Source: Actinomycetota bacterium (lineage in GTDB: Bacteria > Actinomycetota > Acidimicrobiia > Acidimicrobiales > Ilumatobacteraceae). From it: a stretch of DNA of 44,630 nucleotides. Below are positions 10,154 through 18,638 of the stretch, one piece after another. The DNA lies in NCBI GenBank assembly GCA_010024485.1, contig RGGX01000001.1:1-44630 (forward strand), in the 5' to 3' direction. Numbering within the stretch: the first letter of the stretch is position 1; every line of letters begins with the position of its first letter. The notes under the pieces are model-generated. The model worked only from the letters and a program-made list of their open reading frames with translations, did not search any database and was not told the DNA's origin. The translations under genes were made by a program, and so were the position numbers.

Positions 10154-10159
10154 AGCGTA
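10154..10159 (-). promoter_or_regulatory. putative -10 box TACGCT for the small membrane protein
   Basis: The TANNNT hexamer ends 6 nt before GTG 10147. Confidence 0.35.
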
Positions 10160-10209
10160 CGAGGTCGATCGTGTGTGTCGACCCCGACGTCTGGTTGACT
10201 GTCTGGGCG

Positions 10210-10455
10210 ATGTTGGAACAGATCATGTCGACGATCGAGGTCATCCGGCCGGCCCTGCAGGCCGACGGTGGTGACATCGAGTTTGTCGGTGTCGACGAGG
10301 ACACGGGCATCGTCAGCGTCCGGCTGGTCGGCGCCTGCGGGACCTGCCCGGTGTCGACCCAGACGCTCAAGGGCGGGATCGAGCGCATCATGCGCGACCG
10401 CGTGGACGGGGTCACCGAGGTGGTCAACGTCGCCGAGGCCGAGAACGCGATCTGA
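10210..10455 (+). CDS. NifU C-terminal domain (Nfu-type Fe-S cluster carrier) protein
   Basis: It has the Nfu pattern IRPALQADGGDIEFV....V.VRL.GACGTCP with the CxxC pair. The start is uncertain: ATG 10210, ATG 10225 or GTG 10171. Confidence 0.8.
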   Translation: MLEQIMSTIEVIRPALQADGGDIEFVGVDEDTGIVSVRLVGACGTCPVSTQTLKGGIERIMRDRVDGVTEVVNVAEAENAI

Positions 10456-11417
10456 TGGGGCGAGCCCCGGCGGACCCCGCCGCCCTCTTCGCCGCGGCTC
10501 GCGAGGGGGATCGAGCCGCCACGGCCCGGTTGCTCTCCCTGGTCGAGCGGGGCGGACCGGAGGGACGGTCGGTCGGTCGACTCGCCCACCCGTTGAGCGG
10601 GAGTGGGTACACGGTCGGTCTCACCGGCGCTCCGGGGGCCGGAAAGAGCACGCTCACCAGTGCCCTCATCGGGCATCTGCGTGGGCTCGACCTCGAAGTG
10701 GCGGTGCTGGCGATCGATCCGTCGTCGCCGTTCACCGGTGGGGCGATCCTCGGCGACCGGGTGCGGATGCAGGATCACGCCAATGATCCGGGTGTGTTCA
10801 TCCGGTCGATGGCGACCCGAGGCCATCTGGGGGGTCTGTCGGTGGCGGCCCCCGAGGCGGTGCGGCTCCTCGACGCCTTGGGGCGCCGCTGGATCCTGGT
10901 GGAGACCGTCGGCGTCGGGCAGGTCGAGGTGGAGGTGGCCGGCAAGGCCGATACGACCGTCGTGGTCGTCAACCCCGGCTGGGGTGACAGCGTCCAGGCG
11001 AACAAGGCCGGCCTCATGGAGATCGCCGATGTGTTCGTGATCAACAAGGCGGATCGCTCGGGGGTGGAGGAGACCCGGCGCGATCTCGAGCAGATGCTCG
11101 ACCTCTCGGAACTCCCGAACGACGCCTGGCGGCCGCCGATCGTGGCCACGGTCGCGAGCACCGGTGAAGGTGTCGCCGACCTGTGGGATGCGGTCGGGCA
11201 TCACCGCGACTTCGCGGAGGGGAGCGGGGTGCTGGCCGAGCGTCGGCAGTTCAGGCTCCGGGAGGAGATGCGCGAGATCGTCGCCGCGCGTCTCCGCGAA
11301 CGGGCGCGTCAGGTGTGCACCGGTGAGCGGTGGGATGAGCTCACCGAGGAGGTACTCGACCGTCGCGTCGATCCCTGGACGGCGGCTGACGAGATGTTGG
11401 CCCCCATCGAGGCCTGA
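10455..11417 (+). CDS. meaB: methylmalonyl-CoA mutase-associated G3E GTPase (MeaB/ArgK)
   Basis: 320-aa ORF with the P-loop GAPGAGKST, DPSSPFTGGAILGDR, ETVGVGQ and NKAD motifs. Its ATG overlaps the Nfu stop (TGATG). Confidence 0.9.
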   Translation: MGRAPADPAALFAAAREGDRAATARLLSLVERGGPEGRSVGRLAHPLSGSGYTVGLTGAPGAGKSTLTSALIGHLRGLDLEVAVLAIDPSSPFTGGAILGDRVRMQDHANDPGVFIRSMATRGHLGGLSVAAPEAVRLLDALGRRWILVETVGVGQVEVEVAGKADTTVVVVNPGWGDSVQANKAGLMEIADVFVINKADRSGVEETRRDLEQMLDLSELPNDAWRPPIVATVASTGEGVADLWDAVGHHRDFAEGSGVLAERRQFRLREEMREIVAARLRERARQVCTGERWDELTEEVLDRRVDPWTAADEMLAPIEA

Positions 11418-12019
11418 GTCACCGGGCCGTCGCCCAGGTTGTCGAGCGCACGGGTCAGTGCCCTCGGTCCGGGTCGTCCGCGGCTGGTCCAGCGCTCCGC
11501 CCCGTCGCGGAGCCGTGAGAGGGTCCATCCCCGGGCGAGCGCGCTGATGACCGCTCGCTGGAGCAGTTCGGGCTGGGTGTGGGGTGAGAGCAGCGCGAGG
11601 GTGTCGGGGATGTCGAGCACCGGGATGCCGTCGATCGACACCACGGCCTCGTCGACGGGTCCACGGGTGAAGTGGGTGATGACCACCCCCGGGTGACCGG
11701 GCCATGATCCGCGCCGGCAGAGCAGGTCGACCCGGTCGTGTTCGGTGAATCCGTCGAGTCGGTGGAGACGGGCGGCGGCACCGTGGGAGATGACCCCGCG
11801 CCCGGGGCCGAGGGTCGCGATCCGGCATCGCTGGCGGAAGGTCTGTGGGGTCGAGGTGACGCGGACCACCCGGGGGCTCACGCGGTCGAGGACGCCGATG
11901 TCGAGCAGCCTCCGCTCGCGGTGCCAACTGATGCCGTAGCGGCGCAGGTCATCGCAGGTGGCGACGCCGTCGTGGTCGTGCAGGTGCCTGAAGAGTTCGC
12001 GCATGCCCGCGGTGGGCAC
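11309..12019 (-). CDS. AbiEi_4-like N-terminal domain protein lacking the usual C-terminal DUF559 module (possible gene remnant)
   Basis: 236-aa ORF. The N-terminus (GVATCDDLRRYGISWHRERRLLDIGVLDRVSPRVVRV) and middle (GIPVLDIPDTLALL) match the pattern of actinobacterial AbiEi-antitoxin-like/DUF559 proteins. The last ~36 codons are antisense to the 3' end of meaB. Confidence 0.5.
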   Translation of the reverse strand: MPTAGMRELFRHLHDHDGVATCDDLRRYGISWHRERRLLDIGVLDRVSPRVVRVTSTPQTFRQRCRIATLGPGRGVISHGAAARLHRLDGFTEHDRVDLLCRRGSWPGHPGVVITHFTRGPVDEAVVSIDGIPVLDIPDTLALLSPHTQPELLQRAVISALARGWTLSRLRDGAERWTSRGRPGPRALTRALDNLGDGPVTQASMGANISSAAVQGSTRRSSTSSVSSSHRSPVHT

Positions 12020-12073
12020 CGTGGAGCGCGTCGGGCGGAACCTGCCGCGTCAGCGGCTGGGCAACTCGTCGGG

Positions 12074-12847
12074 TCAGCGGCCGAGGAACTCGGCTTTGCC
12101 CGGGCCGTTCTCGAGGAAGCTCTTCACCCCGATCTGGCTGTCCTCGGTGCGGAACGACTCCACGAAGAGGTCGCGCTCGACGAGCAGACCGTCAGCGAGC
12201 GACATCGACAGGCCCCGGTCGATCGCCTCCTTGGCGAGGGCCTGGGCGATGGTCGCCCCTCGCGCCACCTCGGTGGCGAGGGCCATGGTGCGCTCGCGCA
12301 ACTCCTCGGCCGGCACGACCTCGTCGGCGAGGCCGATGCGGAGCGCCTCCTCGGCCTTGACCTGACGGCCGGTGATGGAGATCTCCTTCGCCCGGCTCCC
12401 GCCGACGGCGCGCGCGAGGCGCTGGGTGCCGCCTCCCCCGGGAATGGTGCCGAGCAGCACCTCCGGCTGACCGAACACTGCGCGCTCCGAGGCGATCCGG
12501 TAGTCGCAGGCGAGGGCGAGTTCGCAGCCACCGCCCAGGGCGTACCCGGACACTTCGGCGATCACGAAGCGCGGGATCGCGGCGAGGGCGTCGAGGGCGA
12601 CGTGGATCCGCTCGGTGATGCCGACGGCCTCCTCGGCTCCGCCGAACTCGGAGATGTCGGCTCCGGCGGCGAAGATCTTCGGTCCGCCGGTGACGACCAC
12701 GACCTTGGGAGGGGTCGCGGTCAGCTCGGCGGCGATCTCGCCGATCCGGGCGACGACAGCCCCTGACAGGGCGTTCACCTTGCCGTTGGTGAGGGTGACG
12801 AGGGCGATACCCCCGTCGAGGTGCTCGAGTTCGACGACGTTGTCCAT
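12074..12847 (-). CDS. enoyl-CoA hydratase/isomerase family protein
   Basis: Crotonase fold with the GGGCELALACD motif. I trimmed the start to ATG 12847 (MDNVVELEH), downstream of the GT4 stop. AAGACT-N6 precedes that ATG. Confidence 0.88.
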   Translation of the reverse strand: MDNVVELEHLDGGIALVTLTNGKVNALSGAVVARIGEIAAELTATPPKVVVVTGGPKIFAAGADISEFGGAEEAVGITERIHVALDALAAIPRFVIAEVSGYALGGGCELALACDYRIASERAVFGQPEVLLGTIPGGGGTQRLARAVGGSRAKEISITGRQVKAEEALRIGLADEVVPAEELRERTMALATEVARGATIAQALAKEAIDRGLSMSLADGLLVERDLFVESFRTEDSQIGVKSFLENGPGKAEFLGR

Positions 12848-12891
12848 CGCGACAGTCTTGCCGACCGGGCCGACCGCGCGGCACCCGGAGG

Positions 12892-14073
12892 TCAGGAGGG
12901 GAGTGCTCGCTGATACACCTCGAGGGTCCGTCGCGCGATCGCCTGCCACGAGTAGGAGCCCTCGACGAGGTCGCGCGCGGCGTCGCGCAGACCCGCGGCC
13001 AACTCGTGGTCGGTGAGCACCTCGAGGATCCGCGCGGCCAGTTCCTCTGCTCGGCCCGGTTCGAAGGTGAGCGCCGATCCGGTGCCCACCACGAGTTCGG
13101 CGAGGCCGCCGGTCTCGGCGGCGACGAGCGCCGCCCCACCGGCGAGAGCCTCGAGGGTGATGACGCCGAACGGCTCGTAGAGGGAGGGGATCACCACACA
13201 GTCGGCGCGGTGGAGTGTCGCTCGGAGCGCGTTGTCGCCCAGGAATCCGGGCAATTCGATGATGTCGCTCAACCCGGCGACATCGATCTGCGACTGAAGT
13301 TCGGCGAGGTAGGTGCCTCGGCCGGCGATCACGCAGCGGACCCCTGGGATCTCGGCGCGCACCATCGCCATCGCGTTGGCGAGCACCTGGAAGCCCTTCT
13401 CGTACTGGACTCGTCCCCAGGTGAACACCAGCGGGGAGTCGGGCCCCGATGAGGCGGTGGTGTTGGCGACCCCCTCGTCACCGTCGGTCGCAGCCCACCA
13501 GGTCGGATCGATACCCCCCGGGATCGGCGCCACCAGGTCAGGATCGATCTCGAAGTCGGCCGACACCTGTCGGGCCAGCAGGCGAGTGATCGTGATGACC
13601 TGTCGCGAGCGGGCTGCCAGCCACCACTCCACGCCGTTGATCTCCTCCGGTACGCCGGCCGGGACGTGACCGCTGTGCCGGCTCCGTTCAGTGCGGTGAA
13701 AGGTCGTCACGAGTGGCGCCCCGTGAGCGGCGGCGAGGGTGGCCGAAGCCCACGCGACGGTCCAGTCGTGGGCGTGGACCACATCCGGCCTCCAGTCCGG
13801 GTCGACACCGCTCAGCGCGGTTTCGACGAGCGCGTGGTTCGCGGAGGCGGTCCTGCCGATCGGGTGGTCGGGCACCCAGGGGAGATCGACGTCAGCCCGG
13901 AGGACGGTCATCCCGCCGGCGGTGGTGATCGCCGGTGTCCCGTCGGTGCGTCTCGACACGAGCACGACCTCGTGACCCTCGGCGGCGAGTGCGTGGGCGA
14001 GGCCGTCGACGTGGGCGGCCGTCCCACCCGTGTGGGCCGGTGGGAGCTCCCATGACAGCATGAGCACCCTCAC
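12892..14073 (-). CDS. GT4 family glycosyltransferase, glycogen/alpha-glucan synthase-like
   Basis: The N-terminus VRVLMLSWELPPAHTGG matches the MRVLMLSWEYPP..GG start typical of this GT4 group. It has a GT-B fold with a C-terminal ...E.FG...LEA motif. I trimmed the start from the 14385 ORF start to GTG 14073. Confidence 0.85.
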   Translation of the reverse strand: MRVLMLSWELPPAHTGGTAAHVDGLAHALAAEGHEVVLVSRRTDGTPAITTAGGMTVLRADVDLPWVPDHPIGRTASANHALVETALSGVDPDWRPDVVHAHDWTVAWASATLAAAHGAPLVTTFHRTERSRHSGHVPAGVPEEINGVEWWLAARSRQVITITRLLARQVSADFEIDPDLVAPIPGGIDPTWWAATDGDEGVANTTASSGPDSPLVFTWGRVQYEKGFQVLANAMAMVRAEIPGVRCVIAGRGTYLAELQSQIDVAGLSDIIELPGFLGDNALRATLHRADCVVIPSLYEPFGVITLEALAGGAALVAAETGGLAELVVGTGSALTFEPGRAEELAARILEVLTDHELAAGLRDAARDLVEGSYSWQAIARRTLEVYQRALPS

Positions 14074-14081
14074 GCCCGCGG

Positions 14082-14087
14082 ACCCTA
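14082..14087 (-). promoter_or_regulatory. putative -10 box TAGGGT for the GT4 gene
   Basis: The TANNNT hexamer on the minus strand ends 8 nt before GTG 14073. It overlaps the glgB box by 2 nt (plus strand ACCCTAGTCT). Confidence 0.35.
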
Positions 14088-14091
14088 GTCT
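14086..14091 (+). promoter_or_regulatory. putative -10 box TAGTCT for leaderless glgB
   Basis: The TANNNT hexamer ends 6 nt before GTG 14098. Confidence 0.4.
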
Positions 14092-14097
14092 CGGGGG

Positions 14098-15996
14098 GTG
14101 ACCAGCCGTGGCCTCGTCGGGCCGACCCCCGGTGAGCTCGACCTGCACCTCTTCAACGAGGGCTCCCACCGTCGGCTCTGGGAGGTGCTCGGACCCCAAC
14201 CCACCGCTGACGGGATCCGATTCGCGGTCTGGGCTCCGAACGCGAGGGCCGTCTCGGTGATCGGCGACTTCAACTCCTGGACACCGATCCCGCTCGAGCC
14301 GGTCGCCTCCTCCGGGGTCTGGTGTGGGGTGGTCGCCGGGGCGCAGGCCGGACAGCACTACAAGTTCATCGTCACCGGCAGCCACGGTCGCGAGGTGCTC
14401 AAGGCGGACCCGATGGCGCGCCGCACCGAATGCCCGCCACAGGACGCGAGTGTCATCCCCGCCGATGTGTCACCGGGCTGGGTGTTCGAGTGGGGCGACG
14501 AGGACTGGATGGCCGGCCGCGGCGCGGTGCTCGACGGCTCGGCGCCGATGCGGGTGTACGAGGTGCACGCCATGTCGTGGCGCGACGGTGTGGACAACTG
14601 GGACGATCTCGCGGGCGCGCTCATCGACCACGTCCTCGACCTCGGCTTCACCCACGTCGAACTCCTCCCGATCGCCGAGCATCCCTTCGGTGGCTCCTGG
14701 GGCTACCAGGTGACCGGCTACTTCGCGCCGACGGCGCGCCTCGGTGATCCCGATGGGTTCCGTCGCTTTGTCGACCGCCTCCACCGGAGTGGCATCGGCG
14801 TGATCGTCGACTGGGTGCCGGCCCACTTCCCCAAGGACTCGTGGTCGCTCGGGCGCTTCGACGGGACGGCGCTCTATGAGCACGAGGACCCGCGACTCGG
14901 AGAGCATCCCGACTGGGGCACGTTCGTGTTCAACACCTCCCGTGACGAGGTGCGCAACTTCCTCGTCGCCAACGCCCTCTACTGGTGTGACGAGTTCCAT
15001 GTCGACGGCCTCCGGGTCGACGCCGTCGCCTCGATGCTCTACCGCGACTACTCGAGGAGTGAGGGTGAGTGGATCCCGAACGAGCAGGGTGGGGTCGAGG
15101 ACCTCGCGAACGTCGCCCTGCTCCGCGAGGTCAACGGGGTGGTCGGCTCGACGCACCCCGGGGTGGTCATGATCGCCGAGGAGTCGACGGCCTGGCCGGG
15201 GGTGACCGCCCCGGCCGAGTCGGGTGGCCTCGGCTTCACCCACAAGTGGAATATGGGGTGGATGCACGACACGCTGTCGTTCGCGCGCCGCGAACCGGTC
15301 CATCGTCGCCACCACCACGGCGAGCTCCCGTTCACCCTGCTCTACGCCTTCAGCGAGCGCTACGTCCTCCCGCTCAGCCACGACGAGGTGGTCCACGGCA
15401 AGGGCAGTCTGCTCGCCAAGATGTCGGGGGATGACTGGCAGAAGTTCGCGACCCTGCGCCTCCTCTACGCCTGGCAGTGGGCCCTGCCCGGGGCGCCGCT
15501 GCTCTTCATGGGATCGGAGCTGGCTCCGTGGTCCGAGTGGCGCCACGACCGATCGCTCGACTGGTCGCTCGCCGATCATCCCTCGCACTCCGGGGTCCTC
15601 GAGCTCGTCCGTCGACTGAATGGCGCGGCGGCGCGCCACGGCGCGCTCTGGGAGCGCGACGATGATCCGACCTCCTTCGAGTGGTTGGAGGTCGAGGATG
15701 CCGATCACTCGGTGTACGCGCTGTTGCGCTGGGCCGGTGACGGCCGCGCCGCGGTCGCCGCGGTGGCGAACTGGACCCCGGTCCCGCGACCCGGCTACCG
15801 CCTCGGGGTGCCGTGGGGAGGGGAGTGGCAGGTGCTCCTCGACACCGACGCCGATGAGTTCTGGGGAAGTGGGGCGCGTGGCACCTCGACCTCGGCGACG
15901 GCGGAGCCGATCCCGTGGCAGGGCCGGGATCACTCCCTGGTCGTCGACCTCCCCCCGCTCGCCATGGTGTGGTTCGGTGCCGATGCCCCCCGATGA
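14098..15996 (+). CDS. glgB: 1,4-alpha-glucan branching enzyme
   Basis: 632-aa ORF. It has GH13 branching-enzyme motifs (DWVPAHF, GLRVDAVASMLY, IAEESTAWP, SHDEVVHGK). Confidence 0.93.
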   Translation: MTSRGLVGPTPGELDLHLFNEGSHRRLWEVLGPQPTADGIRFAVWAPNARAVSVIGDFNSWTPIPLEPVASSGVWCGVVAGAQAGQHYKFIVTGSHGREVLKADPMARRTECPPQDASVIPADVSPGWVFEWGDEDWMAGRGAVLDGSAPMRVYEVHAMSWRDGVDNWDDLAGALIDHVLDLGFTHVELLPIAEHPFGGSWGYQVTGYFAPTARLGDPDGFRRFVDRLHRSGIGVIVDWVPAHFPKDSWSLGRFDGTALYEHEDPRLGEHPDWGTFVFNTSRDEVRNFLVANALYWCDEFHVDGLRVDAVASMLYRDYSRSEGEWIPNEQGGVEDLANVALLREVNGVVGSTHPGVVMIAEESTAWPGVTAPAESGGLGFTHKWNMGWMHDTLSFARREPVHRRHHHGELPFTLLYAFSERYVLPLSHDEVVHGKGSLLAKMSGDDWQKFATLRLLYAWQWALPGAPLLFMGSELAPWSEWRHDRSLDWSLADHPSHSGVLELVRRLNGAAARHGALWERDDDPTSFEWLEVEDADHSVYALLRWAGDGRAAVAAVANWTPVPRPGYRLGVPWGGEWQVLLDTDADEFWGSGARGTSTSATAEPIPWQGRDHSLVVDLPPLAMVWFGADAPR

Positions 15997-16636
15997 ACGT
16001 CAGGTGGTCGCCGCGTCGGTGACCCTCGGTGCCGCCGTCGGTGTCTTCGCCATCGCCTTCGGGGTCGGGTCGGTCGCGGCAGGCGCCTCGGTCGCGCAGA
16101 CCTGCGCCATGTCGCTCCTCGTGTTCACCGGCGCCTCGCAGTTTCTCGCGGTGAGCGTCGTGTCCGCGGGGGGATCGGCGCTGTCGGCATTCGGTGGGGC
16201 GGTGTTGCTCGCCGCTCGCAACGCCGTCTACGGGCTCACCATGTCGCGACACCTCGGCGGGCGACTCCCGACGCGTCTCGTCGCGGCGCAGATCACCATC
16301 GACGAGTCGACGGCGATGGCGACGGCCCAGTCGACCGCGGTGAGTCGTCGTCGCGCCTTCTGGATCACCGGCGGATCGGTCTACGTGTTCTGGAACCTCG
16401 GCACGTTGATCGGGGCGCTCGCCGGCAGTGCGGTCGATCCTGAGGCGTTCGGACTCGACGCCGCCTTCCCCGCCGGGTTCGTCGCCATGGTCGTCCCGCA
16501 CCTCGAGTCGCGACGGGGTCGGGCGGCGGCACTCGTCGGGGCGTCGGTGTGCCTGGCGACCATTCCGGTGCTCCCGGTCGGTCTCCCGATCCTGGTCGCC
16601 TCCGTCGGCGTGCTCTTCGGGGTGAGGCGCCCATGA
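15983..16636 (+). CDS. azlC: AzlC family branched-chain amino acid exporter subunit
   Basis: It is a polytopic membrane protein with the FTGASQF motif. ATG 15983 overlaps the glgB 3' end by 14 nt. The earlier part of the 15620 ORF lies inside glgB. Confidence 0.8.
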   Translation: MPPDERQVVAASVTLGAAVGVFAIAFGVGSVAAGASVAQTCAMSLLVFTGASQFLAVSVVSAGGSALSAFGGAVLLAARNAVYGLTMSRHLGGRLPTRLVAAQITIDESTAMATAQSTAVSRRRAFWITGGSVYVFWNLGTLIGALAGSAVDPEAFGLDAAFPAGFVAMVVPHLESRRGRAAALVGASVCLATIPVLPVGLPILVASVGVLFGVRRP

Positions 16637-16941
16637 CCTGGGCACTGGTGCTCTCCCTCGCCGGGGCGGCCTACGCCTTCAAGGTCACCGGGCTGGTGGT
16701 GGTCGGTGGCCGGTCGCTGCCGGCGGTGGTGGAGCGGTGTCTCTCGTTGGTGCCGGCTGCGCTCATCTCGGCGCTCATCGTGAAGGACACCCTGTCCACC
16801 GGCGACGAGTTGGTGATCGACGCCCGCCTCCCGGGGGTGTTGGCGGCCGTGGTCGCGGCCCGTCTCCGCGCGCCGTTGATCGTGGTGATCGTGGTCGGTG
16901 CCGGTGTCACCGCACTCGCCCGCGTGGTCGGTCTCGACTGA
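16633..16941 (+). CDS. azlD: AzlD family branched-chain amino acid transport protein
   Basis: ~102-aa hydrophobic protein whose start overlaps the azlC stop (ATGA). Confidence 0.75.
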   Translation: MTWALVLSLAGAAYAFKVTGLVVVGGRSLPAVVERCLSLVPAALISALIVKDTLSTGDELVIDARLPGVLAAVVAARLRAPLIVVIVVGAGVTALARVVGLD

Positions 16942-16957
16942 CCGCGTCCGGTCGGAC

Positions 16958-17404
16958 TCAGGCCGATTCGACGATTTTTGCGAGGGCGCGGAGGTTGCGC
17001 CGCCAGATCGCCCCCATCACCACTCGGCCGCCGACGAGGGCACCGATGGGACCACCCAGCCACCAGGGGAAGACGAGTTCCTCGGTCCAGGTGAACCGGG
17101 TGCGCCGGTCGAGGTCGATCGGTTCGAGGCTGAAGTGGCCGGTCCCGGTGACGACGCCGCTGTGTCGGACCCCCATGCGCTCCCGTGGAACCCAGTCGGT
17201 GATCTCCATCTTGTCGACGAGCGTGATGGGTCCGACCTTCGTGTCGCACTCGAAGGTGGTGCCGACCCCGTGGGTCTGCTCTCCGGTGAAGCGGATGGCG
17301 ACCGCGTCGGCCATCCAGTCGACATGACGTTCGACCGGTTCGACGACCTGCCAGACCTTGTCGACCGGCGCGTCGATGTCGATGGAGACGGTGATACCGG
17401 CCAT
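16958..17404 (-). CDS. SRPBCC (START/polyketide-cyclase-like) family protein
   Basis: 148-aa ORF with an SRPBCC-type N-terminus (I.ID.AP.DKVWQVV.PVERHVDWM). It starts 2 nt after the galT stop. Confidence 0.8.
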   Translation of the reverse strand: MAGITVSIDIDAPVDKVWQVVEPVERHVDWMADAVAIRFTGEQTHGVGTTFECDTKVGPITLVDKMEITDWVPRERMGVRHSGVVTGTGHFSLEPIDLDRRTRFTWTEELVFPWWLGGPIGALVGGRVVMGAIWRRNLRALAKIVESA

Positions 17405-17406
17405 CG

Positions 17407-18390
17407 TCAGACGGTGGCCTGGACGTTGCGGAGGGTGGCAGCGGCCTGCTCGGGCGGCACGACGTTGATCATGACACCGGTGCCCCGCTCGAACCCGGCC
17501 TGGGTGACGAGGTTCGGCCAGATGTGGATGTGCCAGTGGAACTCGCCGGTGTGCTGGTGCGGGGCGGAGTGGAACCCGACGTTGTAGGCGACATCGCCGA
17601 GCACCCGGCTGAGCGATGACATCGCGTCACGCAGGCCGCGTCCGACCGCCGAGAGGGTGTCGTCGTCGGAGTCCTGGAGGTGGAGTTCGTGTCGTGTCGG
17701 GATGACGAGCAGTTCGTAGGGGGTGCCGCTCCAGTAGGGGCAGATGACCATCACATCGTCGTTGTCGATCACCACGCGCTCACCGGAGGAGCGCTCGGCC
17801 TCGATCGTGGTGCACAGCACGCACCCACCGGCGAAGCGGGCGAAGGCGCGCTCCTCGTCGAGGATCTCGCCGGGGACGAACGGGAGTCCCATGAGCTGAC
17901 CGTGCGGGTGGGCGATGGACGCCCCCGCCTCCCGGCCGTGGTTCACGATGGCCTGGGTGTAGCGGATGTGCTCGGCGGAGGCGTGCTCGATGAAGCGCCG
18001 CTTCAGCGCTGCCATGAACTGCTCAGCGCCGGTGTCGTCGAGGACGTCGAGGCCGGCGCTGTGGTCCGGGGTGTAGACGAACACCTCGTGGATGCCGGTG
18101 CCCTCCGCGGTGACGTGGATGGGACCCTCGTTGTGAACGGCGAAACCGTCGTCACCGGTGAAGGCGGGATACAGGTTGGGGATCACTCGCACCTGCCAAC
18201 TGCCGGATGAGTCGACGGTCTCGAGGGCCGGTGGCGTCGCCTCCTCGTTGCCGGGACAGAACGGGCACGGGCGTTCAGGCGGTCCGTCGACGACGGGGGA
18301 GCGGGGCGCGAAGTCGGTCGGACGCTGGGCTCGCTCGGAGACGATGGTCACCCAACGCCCAGTCAACTGGTTGAGGCGCAGTTGGCTCAC
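17407..18390 (-). CDS. galT: galactose-1-phosphate uridylyltransferase (HIT superfamily)
   Basis: 327-aa ORF with the zinc motif CPFCPGNE and the active-site motif HPHGQL, plus a second HxH (HWHIHIWP). It has a GTG start with no SD. Confidence 0.88.
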   Translation of the reverse strand: MSQLRLNQLTGRWVTIVSERAQRPTDFAPRSPVVDGPPERPCPFCPGNEEATPPALETVDSSGSWQVRVIPNLYPAFTGDDGFAVHNEGPIHVTAEGTGIHEVFVYTPDHSAGLDVLDDTGAEQFMAALKRRFIEHASAEHIRYTQAIVNHGREAGASIAHPHGQLMGLPFVPGEILDEERAFARFAGGCVLCTTIEAERSSGERVVIDNDDVMVICPYWSGTPYELLVIPTRHELHLQDSDDDTLSAVGRGLRDAMSSLSRVLGDVAYNVGFHSAPHQHTGEFHWHIHIWPNLVTQAGFERGTGVMINVVPPEQAAATLRNVQATV

Positions 18391-18396
18391 ATCAGC

Positions 18397-18402
18397 AGGA
18401 TA
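18397..18402 (-). promoter_or_regulatory. putative -10 box TATCCT for leaderless galT
   Basis: The TANNNT hexamer ends 6 nt before GTG 18390. Confidence 0.4.
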
Positions 18403-18477
18403 GGCGCGATCCGTTAGCCAGCGGAGGTGGGGGACAACACATTTACCGAATTTGGCTTTTCGGGGGATCTGGGGTGG

Positions 18478-18518
18478 AACGACCGATCGGGCCGACGGAG
18501 GAGGCCTGATCGGTCGTT
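18478..18518. other. strong hairpin / perfect inverted repeat
   Basis: AACGACCGATC (18478-18488) pairs perfectly with GATCGGTCGTT (18508-18518). The stem extends by one G-U pair and GGCC/GGCC to about 16 bp, with a 9-nt loop GACGGAGGA. It lies 120 nt downstream of the minus-strand 119-aa ORF and upstream of the galT promoter, so it may be a terminator for minus-strand transcripts. On the plus strand it is followed by GTTGTTTCGG. Confidence 0.6.
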
Positions 18519-18638
18519 GTTTCGGCGGAATTCAGCCAGAAAGTCGGGCCTGTCCGCTCTGTTCAGCCGACACCTCACCGCAGCGAAACGCGAACACATG
18601 CTTCGACGTCTCGTCCGCGACGGGGTCGTTGAGACCAG

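Noticed and set aside
9959-10198. 79-aa plus ORF rich in His/Asp/Glu (HEGEHADHDEH)
   Set aside because: It is the codon-aligned antisense of the TM-helix ORF, and it lacks any promoter or SD context. The membrane ORF has a TACGCT-N6-GTG context. I am not fully certain of this call.
18538-18550. AGAAAGTCGGGCC, reminiscent of the RNase P RNA P4 motif GGAAAGTCCGGGC
   Set aside because: The match is imperfect. The available non-coding space is under 270 nt, too short for bacterial RNase P RNA. The other universally conserved RNase P elements, such as the ACAGAAA region, are absent.
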